From: Bacillota bacterium
GTDB taxonomy: Bacteria; Bacillota_I; Bacilli_A; Acholeplasmatales; Acholeplasmataceae
DNA length: 45,744 bases
Direction of reading: 5' to 3'
NCBI GenBank assembly: GCA_023431045.1
Contig: JAEYXZ010000094.1
Span: 1-45,744 of the forward strand
The notes beneath the pieces are model-generated. The model was given only the letters and a program-made list of their open reading frames with translations. It searched no databases and was not told the origin of the DNA. Made by a program: the position numbers and the translations under genes. Below, piece by piece: positions 1 to 9,936 of this stretch. Numbering within the stretch: the first letter of the stretch is position 1; the number at the start of each line of letters is the position of its first letter.

Positions 1-1916
1 TCTTTAGGGTTCAAGATGTTGTTGGAGGCAAGCATTAAGAGTCTTGCTTCAGCTTGTGCTTCAGGTGATAGTGGAACGTGAACCGCCATTTGGTCACCAT
101 CAAAGTCCGCATTAAACGCAGGGGTAACAAGTGGGTGTAGACGGATCGCTTTACCGTCAATTAATTTAGGTTCAAATGCTTGAATACCTAAACGGTGAAG
201 CGTTGGTGCACGGTTTAATAAGACTGGATGTTCACGAACGACTTTTTCAAGTGCTTTCCATGTATCTTCATCGCGTCTTTCATACTTAGCATTAGCATTC
301 TTTTTTTCAATACCTGGTTGTTGTTGAAGTTCTCTTAAGATGAATGGTTTGAATAAAGTGATTGCCATTTCACGTGGAATACCACATTGGTACATTTCTA
401 AGTCTGGACCAACAATAATAACCGAACGACCAGAATAGTCGACACGTTTACCAAGTAAGTTTTGACGGAAACGACCTTGTTTACCACGGAGTAAATCAGA
501 TAATGATTTTAAGTGACGGTTTCTTTCAACAGCCGCTTTCTTACCACGTTTAGCATTATCAAATAATGCATCAACCGCTTCTTGTAACATACGCTTTTCA
601 TTCTTAGTGATTAAGCGAGGTGCCATTTGTTCTTTTTGCTTCTTTAGACGGTTATTACGGTTTAGAATACGACGGTATAAGTCATTTAAGTCAGTCGTTG
701 CGAAACGTCCACCATCGAGTGGAACCATTGGGCGTAGATCTGGTGGAATGACAGGAATAACATCCATAACCATCCATTCAGGTTTGTTGTCTGATGCATT
801 AAATGCTTCAACAACTTCTAAGCGCTTGATGATACGATCGCGTTTTTGTTTAGAAGATGTCTTTAAACGTCTTCTTAATGCTTTAACTTCTTTATCAAGA
901 TCAAGTTCTTGAAGTAAACGTTTAACTGCTTCAGCACCGGTTAAGGCAGTGAATCTATTACCGTATTCTTCAATTAATGCAGAGTAGTCTTGTTCAGTTA
1001 AGATTTGTTTTTTAGCAAGTGGGGTATTATGTCCTGGATCAGTAACGATATAAGCTGCATGATAAACAACTTCTTCTAAAGCTTTAGCTTTAATACCAAG
1101 TAGGATTGCTAATCTTGAAGGAGAATTCTTTAAGTACCAAGTATGAACAACTGGTGCTTCAAGATTGATGTGACCCATGCGTTCACGTCTCACCTTTGAT
1201 TCAGTAATTTCAATCCCACATTTTGGACAGATTTGTCCTTTATTCACGGTTTGTTTCTTACCACAAGCACATTGGTAATCTCTGGTTGGTCCAAAGATTC
1301 TTTCATCGAATAATCCACCTGGTTCAGGTTTGGATGTACGATAGTTAATGGTTTCGTGATTTTCAACTTCACCATAAGACCATTGTCTAATTTCATCAGG
1401 AGATGCAAGACGGATCTTAAAGTGGGTGTAAGTTCTTGAGCCATATCCTTTTCTCGTTGGAGCGACTTTCACTTGATAACGAGATTCTAAATCGATTCCA
1501 ACCACTGGTTCAATCACTTCTTCTTCATGAACATCTTCATGGAGAGCATCTTGTTTGTATAGGGTTAATAAATCATTAATTTCTTTTAATAAGAATTCAT
1601 CTTGTTCGAAGATATGGAACAATGCATGTTTATCATACTTAAGTAAGATATCTAAATCTTTAATACCAGCAGTGACTAAGACATCAACTGCTTCTTGAGA
1701 TAAAGATAAATCTGAAATGTTTCTTGGAATACGATAGAACACGAGAGTTGGTAATACTTCATTGAATGAATCATCTAAAAGCATTTGTAATTCCTTTAAA
1801 CTAAAGGTATTAAAATCTTCTAGTTTATCAATCCCGGATAATGTGAGTTTATCTTGTGTTGCTTGTGAGAGCTTTAACTGTGTGACAGGTAAAGATAAAA
1901 TCTCTTTATTGGCCAT
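1..1916 (-). CDS. rpoC: DNA-directed RNA polymerase beta' subunit (partial, runs off the window start)
   Basis: Not in the ORF track. Manual translation from ATG at 1916 (TAATG overlap with the rpoB stop) is open through [17 protein letters not shown] and the Zn finger CACGK...CPKCG; catalytic NADFDGDQM lies at ~88-114. Confidence 0.98.
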   Translation of the reverse strand, partial: MANKEILSLPVTQLKLSQATQDKLTLSGIDKLEDFNTFSLKELQMLLDDSFNEVLPTLVFYRIPRNISDLSLSQEAVDVLVTAGIKDLDILLKYDKHALFHIFEQDEFLLKEINDLLTLYKQDALHEDVHEEEVIEPVVGIDLESRYQVKVAPTRKGYGSRTYTHFKIRLASPDEIRQWSYGEVENHETINYRTSKPEPGGLFDERIFGPTRDYQCACGKKQTVNKGQICPKCGIEITESKVRRERMGHINLEAPVVHTWYLKNSPSRLAILLGIKAKALEEVVYHAAYIVTDPGHNTPLAKKQILTEQDYSALIEEYGNRFTALTGAEAVKRLLQELDLDKEVKALRRRLKTSSKQKRDRIIKRLEVVEAFNASDNKPEWMVMDVIPVIPPDLRPMVPLDGGRFATTDLNDLYRRILNRNNRLKKQKEQMAPRLITKNEKRMLQEAVDALFDNAKRGKKAAVERNRHLKSLSDLLRGKQGRFRQNLLGKRVDYSGRSVIIVGPDLEMYQCGIPREMAITLFKPFILRELQQQPGIEKKNANAKYERRDEDTWKALEKVVREHPVLLNRAPTLHRLGIQAFEPKLIDGKAIRLHPLVTPAFNADFDGDQMAVHVPLSPEAQAEARLLMLASNNILNPK

Positions 1917-4900
1917 TAATGATTACCTCCTCTTCCGGTTTTGGTTTGGTCAACAAGCGTCTTAATTGCTTCATTTTCACCATTCTTAGAATCGACTAAC
2001 TCAACGTATAAGCCAAGTGCTTGGAGTTCGCGAGTTAAGACTCTAAATGATTCTGGAATTGAAGCTTTCGGAATTTCTTGTCCATGGGTGATTGCATAAT
2101 AGACTTTGTTTCTACCAAGCATATCATCCGATTTAACTGTAAGCATTTCTTGTAGAGTATGAGCAGCACCATAAGCATAGAGTGCCCAAACTTCCATTTC
2201 CCCGAATCTTTGTCCACCATTTTGAGCTTTACCACCCATTGGTTGTTGGGTAACAAGCGTATATGGTCCGACGTTTCTAGCATGAAGTTTGTCATCAACC
2301 ATGTGGGATAGCTTAATCATATACATCACTCCAACGGAGATTCTGTTCTTATAAGCTTCACCGGTACGACCATCATATAAAACAGTCTTACCATCTGGTT
2401 CGATGCCAGCCTCAGCCATAATGGATTTTAAGTCAGCATCAGTGACACCATCAAAGACTGGAGTTGCAACTTTAATACCTAATTTCTTAGCTGAAATACC
2501 TAAATGGATTTCTAGGATCTGTCCGATGTTCATACGTGATGGGACCCCTAGTGGGTTTAACATAATATCAACATGCGTACCATCTGCTAGATATGGCATA
2601 TCTTCTCTTGGTAAAATCTTGGAGATAACCCCTTTATTACCATGACGACCTGCCATTTTATCCCCTTCAGTGATCTTACGTTTCTTAGCAACGTAAACAC
2701 GAATTTGTTCGTTAACACCTGGTGGGAGTTGATCACCATTTTTCTTATTGAAATATTGAACACTTTGAACAACACCACCGCCACCATGTGGAACGCGGAG
2801 GGATGAATCACGGTACTCTTTGGCTTTATCACCAATTACGGCATGAATTAATTTTTCAGATGGTGTTGGTTCAAAGACCCCTTTCGGTGTGATCTTACCA
2901 ACTAAGATATCCCCTTCTTTAACTTCAGAACCAGGGATTATAATACCTTTTTCATCTAAGTATTTAACGGCTTCAGAACCAACGTTTGGAACTTCTCTTG
3001 TAATTTCTTCTTTACCGGATGATTGTTTTAAATCTCTTGTTTCAATTTCATATTCATCAATATGGATTGATGTATAAATATCATTTTTAACTAAATCTTC
3101 ACACATGATGATCGCGTCTTCATAGTTATAACCTTCCCAGGTCATGAAGGCAACCGTCACATTACGTCCAAGTGCGAGTTCACCCTTATCAGTTGATGGA
3201 CCATCAGCGATGACATCACCTGCTTCAACGTATTCACCTTGAGTAACAATTGGTTTTTGTAAGATTAAAGTATCTTGGTTACTTCTAAAGTAGAGAATCA
3301 AATCATAAGTCGTATTAAATTGAACAAGGTTGTGATCATGTAATTCTTTAGCAATTGCGTAGTTAAAGTCTCCACCGACACGATATAGAGTCTTCTTACC
3401 TAAAGTTACAACATCACTTGGTTCAGAGGTGATGACGATCTTCTTGGCATCAACATAAGTAACATAACCAGGTTTTTCAGCAACAATAACAGCTCCAGAG
3501 TCTTTTGCAGCACGGTATTCAATACCAGTACCAACGATTGGAGAAGTTGGTTGTAGTAAAGGCACTGCTTGACGTTGCATGTTGGCACCCATTAACGCAC
3601 GGGATGCGTCATCGTGTTCGAGGAATGGAATCGATGAGGTTGCAACTGAGACTAACTGTTTAGGTGAGACGTCAATAAAGGTTACTAATTCTTTTTCAAA
3701 GATCGCAGTTTCACCATTGCCACGAGCAATGACTCTAGATTCTCTGAATGTTCCATCTTCATTTAAAGGAGATGCAGCACTCGCGATAATTTCATCAAAT
3801 TCTTGATCTGCGGTTAAATAGACAAGCTCGTCAGTAACAAACTTTTCGCCTTTATGATTGTTTTTAACTTTTAAGAATGGAGTCTTAATAAATCCATAGT
3901 TATCAACCTTTGCATAAGTTGCTAAGGATGAGATTAAACCAATGGATGGACCTTCTGGTGTTTCAATTGGACATAGACGACCATAGTGAGAGTTGTGGAC
4001 GTCACGAACTTCAACGCCGGCACGGTCTCTTGCAATCCCACCAGTACCAAGTGCGGATACTCTACGTTTTTGAGTGAGTTCTGCAAGTGGATTGATTTGG
4101 TCCATGAATTGTGACAATTGGGATGAACCAAAGAAGGTTTTAATGGCACCAACAAGTGGTGTCATGTTAATAATGTTAGAAGGTGTTGCATCTGCAAAGT
4201 TCGTTGTTGACATCTTATCTTTGATGTTCTTCTCAGCTCTTGCAAGTCCAATTCTAAATTGATTCTTTAAAAGTTCACCAATCAGACGTAAACGACGATT
4301 ACCTAAATGGTCGATATCATCAACATGTCCTAATCCTTCATAAAGGTTTAGGTAGTATGAGATAGATGCGACAATATCAGATAAAACGACATGTTCGCTT
4401 TGTTCTCTTTGGTCAGAACCAATGACTCTAATAGTATTTGATTTTTCATCTGCATCATTATAAACATAAACATCTAAGATTTCAGCGTAAACGCCTTCTG
4501 CTTCTTTTAAATAAACATCTTTATCAAGGAAGTATTTAATGACTTTTTCATCGACAGCATGACGGTTTTTACGTAAAACCATGATGACTTCATCATTAAT
4601 TTCTTCATTCTTTCTCACTAAAACTTCACCAGTCTTAATGTTTAAGATATTTTCCTTAGCATAAAGCTTAGAACCACCTTCAGGTAGTGTGGTTGCAAGA
4701 ATTTCTTCACTGGTTAAGTTTTGAAGATTATTTTCTTTCGAAATGACTTCTCTTCTTAATGCATCACGATTTTCTTTAAGGACTTCTAGAACTTCTCTTG
4801 TAATCTCAGTATTCTTTTCAACTAAGACTTTACCATTAAGACCAATAACATCCGTTGCAGTATAAGTACCTAAAACTCTCGATAACACATCGAGTTTTTT

Positions 4901-5731
4901 ATTGAACTTATAACGACCAACTGCAGCTAGATCATAACGGCGACGATCGAATAAACGAAGACGAATAAATTCTCTTGCAGCATCTGCTGGAACTTTTTCA
5001 CCTTGTCTTAATTTTGAATAGAGTTCGATGACAGCGTCATTTGGAGTTTTTGTTTCGTCTTTTTCGAAAGTCGCACTAAATAAACCATTCTTACCGAATG
5101 TTTCTTCAATTTCTTTTTTAGTGCTAAACCCTAAAGCACGAATGAATGTTGTCATTGGTACTTTTTTACTGCGGTCTAGTTTTGCATAAAGAATGTCTTT
5201 CGAACCTTGTTCAAATTCAATCCAAGCCCCACGGGTTGGAATGACTTGAGCAGAATATCTAATTTGATTTACTTTCTTATCTAGTTCAGAAGTGTAATAA
5301 ACACCTGATGAACGGACAATCTGTGAAACAACAACACGCTCAGCACCATTGATAACAAATGTACCTGATGGTGTCATCATTGGTAGATCAGTCATCAAAA
5401 CATTAGACTCTCTAACTTCACCAGTGACTGCATTTTCAAGTTTGACTTTAGCAGATAACTGTCTTGCATAGTTTAGATCACGAATTTTCGTTTCAGCGAC
5501 TGTGTACTTGGGTTCCGATAAAAAACTGTCCTCAAAGTACAGTTTTAAATCTCCATTATGTCCTTCAATCGGTGAAATGTCTCTTAGTAATTCGTTAATC
5601 CCAGTTTTGATAAACTCATCAAAAGATAAAGTTTGTATCTCGATAAGATTTGGTAAATCTACATCATAACGCATTTTTGAATAGTTACGACGTTCTGCTT
5701 TCTTTCCGTATTTGACGGTTCGATATCCCAT
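1916..5731 (-). CDS. rpoB: DNA-directed RNA polymerase beta subunit
   Basis: [45 protein letters not shown] motifs; 1271 aa. Confidence 0.99.
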   Translation of the reverse strand: MGYRTVKYGKKAERRNYSKMRYDVDLPNLIEIQTLSFDEFIKTGINELLRDISPIEGHNGDLKLYFEDSFLSEPKYTVAETKIRDLNYARQLSAKVKLENAVTGEVRESNVLMTDLPMMTPSGTFVINGAERVVVSQIVRSSGVYYTSELDKKVNQIRYSAQVIPTRGAWIEFEQGSKDILYAKLDRSKKVPMTTFIRALGFSTKKEIEETFGKNGLFSATFEKDETKTPNDAVIELYSKLRQGEKVPADAAREFIRLRLFDRRRYDLAAVGRYKFNKKLDVLSRVLGTYTATDVIGLNGKVLVEKNTEITREVLEVLKENRDALRREVISKENNLQNLTSEEILATTLPEGGSKLYAKENILNIKTGEVLVRKNEEINDEVIMVLRKNRHAVDEKVIKYFLDKDVYLKEAEGVYAEILDVYVYNDADEKSNTIRVIGSDQREQSEHVVLSDIVASISYYLNLYEGLGHVDDIDHLGNRRLRLIGELLKNQFRIGLARAEKNIKDKMSTTNFADATPSNIINMTPLVGAIKTFFGSSQLSQFMDQINPLAELTQKRRVSALGTGGIARDRAGVEVRDVHNSHYGRLCPIETPEGPSIGLISSLATYAKVDNYGFIKTPFLKVKNNHKGEKFVTDELVYLTADQEFDEIIASAASPLNEDGTFRESRVIARGNGETAIFEKELVTFIDVSPKQLVSVATSSIPFLEHDDASRALMGANMQRQAVPLLQPTSPIVGTGIEYRAAKDSGAVIVAEKPGYVTYVDAKKIVITSEPSDVVTLGKKTLYRVGGDFNYAIAKELHDHNLVQFNTTYDLILYFRSNQDTLILQKPIVTQGEYVEAGDVIADGPSTDKGELALGRNVTVAFMTWEGYNYEDAIIMCEDLVKNDIYTSIHIDEYEIETRDLKQSSGKEEITREVPNVGSEAVKYLDEKGIIIPGSEVKEGDILVGKITPKGVFEPTPSEKLIHAVIGDKAKEYRDSSLRVPHGGGGVVQSVQYFNKKNGDQLPPGVNEQIRVYVAKKRKITEGDKMAGRHGNKGVISKILPREDMPYLADGTHVDIMLNPLGVPSRMNIGQILEIHLGISAKKLGIKVATPVFDGVTDADLKSIMAEAGIEPDGKTVLYDGRTGEAYKNRISVGVMYMIKLSHMVDDKLHARNVGPYTLVTQQPMGGKAQNGGQRFGEMEVWALYAYGAAHTLQEMLTVKSDDMLGRNKVYYAITHGQEIPKASIPESFRVLTRELQALGLYVELVDSKNGENEAIKTLVDQTKTGRGGNH

Positions 5732-5824
5732 GAATCCACTCTCCTATCGTTCATTTTAGGGAACAAGATTTTACACATTTTTATATAGAATATATATAAA
5801 AAGAACATTTGTATGCATTTTGTT

Positions 5825-5853
5825 ATTTTATCACACAAAAGTCAAGGCGTCAA
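5825..5853 (-). promoter_or_regulatory. sigma-A promoter for rpoBC
   Basis: TTGACG-17 nt-TAAAAT with extended -10 TG. Confidence 0.7.
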
Positions 5854-5891
5854 TCATTTTATATTATAAATGATAGACAAATTAATAAAGG

Positions 5892-6479
5892 CTATTTTTG
5901 ACCACAAATCACATAATATCCTTTGTCTTTTGTAACAACCGATACTTCTTTGTAAATTGTCTTCAAAAAATCCAGGGTTGATGGTGCACCTTGTTGTTTT
6001 CTCACAACAATCCAAAGGTAGCCACCATCGTTTAAGTGAGTATGTGCGTCCTCATAAAGTTTGTAGATTACTTTCTTCCCAGCTCGAATAGGTGGGTTAG
6101 AAATAATGATGTCAAACTGTCCATCAATCGCTTCAAAAAGGTTTGACTCGATGATGTTTATTTCGACTTTATTTTTAACACTATTTCGTTTTGCAAGATC
6201 CAGTGCACGATGATTCACATCTGATCCGAAAACTTCCAAATTTGGATGAACTTTCTTTAAGATGATCCCGATTGGTCCAACCCCACATCCAACATCTAAT
6301 AAACGCTTTTCAGTGGTGATTTTAACTTGTTCGATGAGTACTTTACTGCCATAATCTAAGCCATTAAGACTAAATACACCTTTATCTGTTACAAACTCGA
6401 ATTGGTGACTGAAAAGAGAAACCTTATATGATGTTTCTTGATGTTTTAAAGATTCATCATTGGTAAAATAATGACTCAT
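5892..6479 (-). CDS. Class I SAM-dependent methyltransferase, RsmC/YbxB (MTS) family
   Basis: GVFS..GLDYGS, LDVGCGVG, ISNPP motifs; conserved position between rplL and rpoB in Bacillota. Confidence 0.9.
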   Translation of the reverse strand: MSHYFTNDESLKHQETSYKVSLFSHQFEFVTDKGVFSLNGLDYGSKVLIEQVKITTEKRLLDVGCGVGPIGIILKKVHPNLEVFGSDVNHRALDLAKRNSVKNKVEINIIESNLFEAIDGQFDIIISNPPIRAGKKVIYKLYEDAHTHLNDGGYLWIVVRKQQGAPSTLDFLKTIYKEVSVVTKDKGYYVICGQK

Positions 6480-6501
6480 AAAAGGTCCCCCTTATTCAGT
6501 G

Positions 6502-6530
6502 AAAAAACCCAGGAGCTACTCCCAGGTTTT
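6502..6530 (-). terminator. Intrinsic terminator after rplL
   Basis: AAAACCTGGGAG-TAG-CTCCTGGGTTTTTT hairpin plus U tract. Confidence 0.8.
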
Positions 6531-6548
6531 AAAGATTGTTTAAACCAA

Positions 6549-6926
6549 TTACTTGATTTCGACTTTAGCGCCAGCAGCTTCAAGGTCAGCCTTGAACTTT
6601 TCAGCGTCTTCTTTCTTGACTTTTTCTTTGATGACTGCATCTGCAGTTTCAACTAATGTCTTCGCTTCAACTAAACCAAGACCAGTGATTGCACGTGCAA
6701 CTTTAATAACTTCGATTTTCTTTTCACCGAAGCTCTTTAAGACGACATCAAATTCAGTCTTTTCTTCAACTGGAGCAGCAGCTGCAGCACCAGCACCTGC
6801 AGATGCAACAACTGCAGTTGGGTCGATACCGAATTCTTCTTTAAGTCCGTCAACTAATTCCTTAATTTCTAATAAGGTCATTTCTTTTAAAGCTTCTACG
6901 AAAGCTTGTTTTGTTAATTTAGCCAT
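6549..6926 (-). CDS. rplL: 50S ribosomal protein L7/L12
   Basis: [30 protein letters not shown], Ala-rich hinge. Confidence 0.99.
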   Translation of the reverse strand: MAKLTKQAFVEALKEMTLLEIKELVDGLKEEFGIDPTAVVASAGAGAAAAAPVEEKTEFDVVLKSFGEKKIEVIKVARAITGLGLVEAKTLVETADAVIKEKVKKEDAEKFKADLEAAGAKVEIK

Positions 6927-6944
6927 TTTGATTTCCTCCTAATA

Positions 6945-7436
6945 TTAGTTATTTTCTTCAGTAAGCATATTAAGTCCTACTGCTAATTCTCTGACTGGGG
7001 TTAATAGTCCAGCCGCTAATTGTGTTAATATAGTTTCTCTTGATGGTAAGTTTGCAAGTGAAATAATTGCATCATCAGCCACAACAGATCCTTCAATCAC
7101 ACCTGAACGAATCACAACTGTTTTACTAGTTTTAGCAAATTCAAAGATTGTTTTAGCTGGTGCGACGACATCGTCGTAACTCACTGCAACAGCGAGTGGT
7201 CCAGTTAAACTACTTGTTAATGCTTCAAATCCTGCAACAGTTGCGGCACGTCTTGTAATGTTGTTTTTATAAACTTTTACTTCAACATTATCTTTACGAA
7301 GTAAAGTTCTTAACTTCGTGAAGTCAAAGACAGATAGTCCGGCGTATTCGAATACGACGACAGTCTTAGCCATTTTAAATTTCTCAGCTAATACTTCAAC
7401 ATCTGCTTGCTTACGAGCTAAAATCGCTTTTTGCAT
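6945..7436 (-). CDS. rplJ: 50S ribosomal protein L10
   Basis: KVYKNNITRRA, LTGP, LANLPSRE motifs; synteny. Confidence 0.98.
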   Translation of the reverse strand: MQKAILARKQADVEVLAEKFKMAKTVVVFEYAGLSVFDFTKLRTLLRKDNVEVKVYKNNITRRAATVAGFEALTSSLTGPLAVAVSYDDVVAPAKTIFEFAKTSKTVVIRSGVIEGSVVADDAIISLANLPSRETILTQLAAGLLTPVRELAVGLNMLTEENN

Positions 7437-7487
7437 GTTGTGCCCTCCTTGGGTAATCTTGTTGTCTTTCTGATTTTATTCTTTTGA

Positions 7488-7596
7488 CAAAATAAAATCT
7501 CTCTAAATCCGAAAGACAAAGAGAGAAAATAAGTTCCAGTTCTATTTTTCCTCGGCAGGAAATTAAGTCGATTGACACCTGCTGTCTTTGGTTATA
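7488..7596 (-). promoter_or_regulatory. L10 leader (autoregulatory RNA) with attenuator-like hairpin
   Basis: AAGACAGCAGG...UUAAUUUCCUGCCGAGG core upstream of rplJ, then CTCTCT...AGAGAG hairpin and U-rich tract. Confidence 0.85.
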
Positions 7597-7617
7597 TCTA
7601 ATTTTATATGTTAATGA

Positions 7618-8307
7618 TTACTTAACTTTTTGTTCATCAATATGGATACCAGGACCCATAGTTGAAGAAATGGTGATGTTCTTGATGTATGTACCTTTTA
7701 CTGTAGATGGTTTGATACGAATGAGTGTGTTGTAAAGTGATAAGAAGTTCTCAGCAAGTTTTACTGCATCAAATGATACTTTACCAATTGGTGCATGGAT
7801 GTTACCGACTTTATCTGTACGGTATTCAATCTTACCTGCTTTTGAATCTTTAACTGCTTGTTCAACATTCATTGTAACAGTTCCGGTTTTAGGGTTTGGC
7901 ATTAATCCTTTAGGACCTAACACTCTACCTAATTTACCTAACTGAGCCATCATATCAGGGGTTGCAATCATCACATCAAATTCGAACCATCCTTTACCGA
8001 TTTTATCAAGTAACTCTTGGTCACCAACAAAATCAGCTCCAGCTGCTTCAGCTTCTTTCGCTTTGTCGCCCTTAGCAATAACAACGACTCTTAAGGTCTT
8101 ACCGGTACCATGTGGTAACACGAGTGCGCCTCTTAAGTTTTGATCTGCTTTTCTAGGGTCAACGTTTAAGCGGAAAGCAACTTCTACAGTGGCATCGAAT
8201 TTAGCTACAGACGTTTTCTTAACAAGTTCAGTTGCTTCTGTTAAAGCATACTTAATTGTCTTGTCAACGAGTTTCGCAGCTTCGACGTACTTCTTTCCTC
8301 TATGCAT
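7618..8307 (-). CDS. rplA: 50S ribosomal protein L1
   Basis: [34 protein letters not shown]. Confidence 0.99.
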   Translation of the reverse strand: MHRGKKYVEAAKLVDKTIKYALTEATELVKKTSVAKFDATVEVAFRLNVDPRKADQNLRGALVLPHGTGKTLRVVVIAKGDKAKEAEAAGADFVGDQELLDKIGKGWFEFDVMIATPDMMAQLGKLGRVLGPKGLMPNPKTGTVTMNVEQAVKDSKAGKIEYRTDKVGNIHAPIGKVSFDAVKLAENFLSLYNTLIRIKPSTVKGTYIKNITISSTMGPGIHIDEQKVK

Positions 8308-8322
8308 ATATTTCCTCCTAAA

Positions 8323-8349
8323 TGTGGTATAACGGGGATTCCTCCCACA
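8323..8349 (-). promoter_or_regulatory. L1-binding autoregulatory hairpin upstream of rplA
   Basis: UGUGGGAGG-AAUC-CCCGUUAUACCACA next to the RBS; mimics the 23S rRNA L1 site, as in Bacillota rplK/rplA leaders. Confidence 0.75.
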
Positions 8350-8374
8350 ACTTAGAAATGCTTAATTTTCTAAA

Positions 8375-8803
8375 TTATTCTTTAACAACAATGCCCATTT
8401 GTCTTGCTGTTCCTTCAATGATATTAGCTGCCGCTTCAATCGTGAAAGCATTTAAATCAGGCATTTTTTGTTTAGCAATCTGTTCTAGCTGAGCTCTAGT
8501 AATTGTCGCAACTTTATCTTTCTTAGCGTTTTTAGATCCGCTTGAAATGTTTGCTGCTTTCTTCAGTAAATCAGAAGCTGGTGGCGTTTTTGTTACGAAG
8601 TCGAATGATCTGTCATCATAGACAGAGATTACAACTGGGATAACAAAACCGATTTGATCTTGTGTTCTGTCATTGAACTGCTTAACGAATTGCGGAATAT
8701 TAACCTGAGCTTGACCAAGTGCTGGACCAACTGGTGGTGCTGGGTTTGCTTTTCCGGCAGGAATCTGCAGTTTGACAATTTTTACTACTTTCTTTGCTGC
8801 CAT
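8375..8803 (-). CDS. rplK: 50S ribosomal protein L11
   Basis: [30 protein letters not shown]. Confidence 0.99.
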   Translation of the reverse strand: MAAKKVVKIVKLQIPAGKANPAPPVGPALGQAQVNIPQFVKQFNDRTQDQIGFVIPVVISVYDDRSFDFVTKTPPASDLLKKAANISSGSKNAKKDKVATITRAQLEQIAKQKMPDLNAFTIEAAANIIEGTARQMGIVVKE

Positions 8804-8831
8804 AACACAACCTCCTATCTCTAATAAGTAT

Positions 8832-8855
8832 GTGGTGCGAAATATATTCTTCCAC
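8832..8855 (-). promoter_or_regulatory. Second L1-binding-like hairpin upstream of rplK
   Basis: GUGGAAGA...UUCGCACCAC, same GUGG...ACCAC frame as the rplA site. Confidence 0.55.
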
Positions 8856-8880
8856 TGTGGTGTGTTTTACACGCTCAATT

Positions 8881-8909
8881 ATTGTATCATACATGATAGG
8901 TAGTGTCAA
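8881..8909 (-). promoter_or_regulatory. sigma-A promoter for rplK-rplA
   Basis: TTGACA-17 nt-TACAAT with extended -10 TG. Confidence 0.8.
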
Positions 8910-8972
8910 CCATTTTTATGTGTTTCTTTCGTTTCTTTTCATGCTTCTTTTGGTTAGTTATGGGATGTTTCC

Positions 8973-8990
8973 CATTAATCTAGATTAATG
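8973..8990. repeat. Perfect 18-bp palindrome CATTAATCTAGATTAATG (possible operator)
   Basis: Self-complementary; lies in the divergent rplK/VOC intergenic region. Confidence 0.5.
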
Positions 8991-9012
8991 ATTTAATTTA
9001 GAAGCAAAATAC

Positions 9013-9028
9013 ATTTCGAATTCGAAAT
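9013..9028. promoter_or_regulatory. Perfect palindrome ATTTCGAATTCGAAAT, MhqR-like operator
   Basis: Resembles the recalled Bacillus/Staphylococcus MhqR box (TATCTCGAA-TTCGAGATA type); directly upstream of a VOC dioxygenase. Confidence 0.6.
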
Positions 9029-9063
9029 ATATTGATATACTATTGACGAAACGAGGGATCTTT

Positions 9064-9927
9064 ATGACCAATTATCATACAAACAACCACCTTCATGTAA
9101 CAGATGTTACACTAATGGTTAAAAACTTAAACACTTCACTTGATTTTTATACGAAGATTTTAGGACTTAAAGTGATTGAACAAACTGAATCAAAAGCTAT
9201 TTTAGGCACTCATACCAATCATGTATTACTTCATTTAATTGAGAATAAGAATGCACTCCCTAAGCTTAGAACAACCGGACTATACCACTATGCACTACTT
9301 TTTAGAAACCGAGCTGATTTAGGTCAAATTTTAAAACATTTTATTCGTTTAAAACAAATGATTTCAGGCGGTGCTGATCATGGTATTAGTGAAGCAATCT
9401 ACTTAGATGACCCAGATGGAAACGGAATTGAACTAGCAGTTGATAGAGATGATTATAAGTATAAATATACGCCTGCTGGTGAGATAGATTTACTCGCAGA
9501 TAATCTACCAATGGATTATGAGGATCTCATCACAAAAGCAAACCCAGAACCTTATACAAAAATCCCTGATGATACCATCATGGGACACCTTCATTTACAT
9601 GTTGCAAACATGGATTCGGCAAAGCATTTCTTTATCGATTTATTAGGCTTCCAATCGATGTTTAACTATCAAGCAAACGCTCATTTTATTAGTGATCAAA
9701 AATATCATCACCATGTTGCATTTAACCTCTGGAACGGGAGAAACATCTCCAATAATCCAGTTGATGCTGTAGGTCTAAAAGCGTATACTCTAAATGTACC
9801 CCAATCGCGCTATGAAGGTCTTATCAATCATTTAATAGAAAATAATATTACAATCCAAAAAGAAAAAGACATCAACTATATTGTTGATGTCAATGATGTA
9901 AAGGTTTATCTTAAGAGTCAGGAGTAA
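9064..9927 (+). CDS. VOC/glyoxalase family ring-cleaving dioxygenase, CatE-like
   Basis: GLYHYALL, DHGISEAIYLDDPDGNGIEL, MGHLHLHV, YHHHVAFNLW; start moved to ATG 9064 after a GAGGG RBS. Confidence 0.9.
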   Translation: MTNYHTNNHLHVTDVTLMVKNLNTSLDFYTKILGLKVIEQTESKAILGTHTNHVLLHLIENKNALPKLRTTGLYHYALLFRNRADLGQILKHFIRLKQMISGGADHGISEAIYLDDPDGNGIELAVDRDDYKYKYTPAGEIDLLADNLPMDYEDLITKANPEPYTKIPDDTIMGHLHLHVANMDSAKHFFIDLLGFQSMFNYQANAHFISDQKYHHHVAFNLWNGRNISNNPVDAVGLKAYTLNVPQSRYEGLINHLIENNITIQKEKDINYIVDVNDVKVYLKSQE

Positions 9928-9936
9928 TCCTGATTT

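Noticed and set aside
607..4262. Short ORFs antisense or out of frame within rpoC/rpoB
   Set aside because: Shadow ORFs of highly conserved genes with no independent motifs.
6471..6942. Plus-strand ORFs over rplL
   Set aside because: Antisense shadows of rplL.
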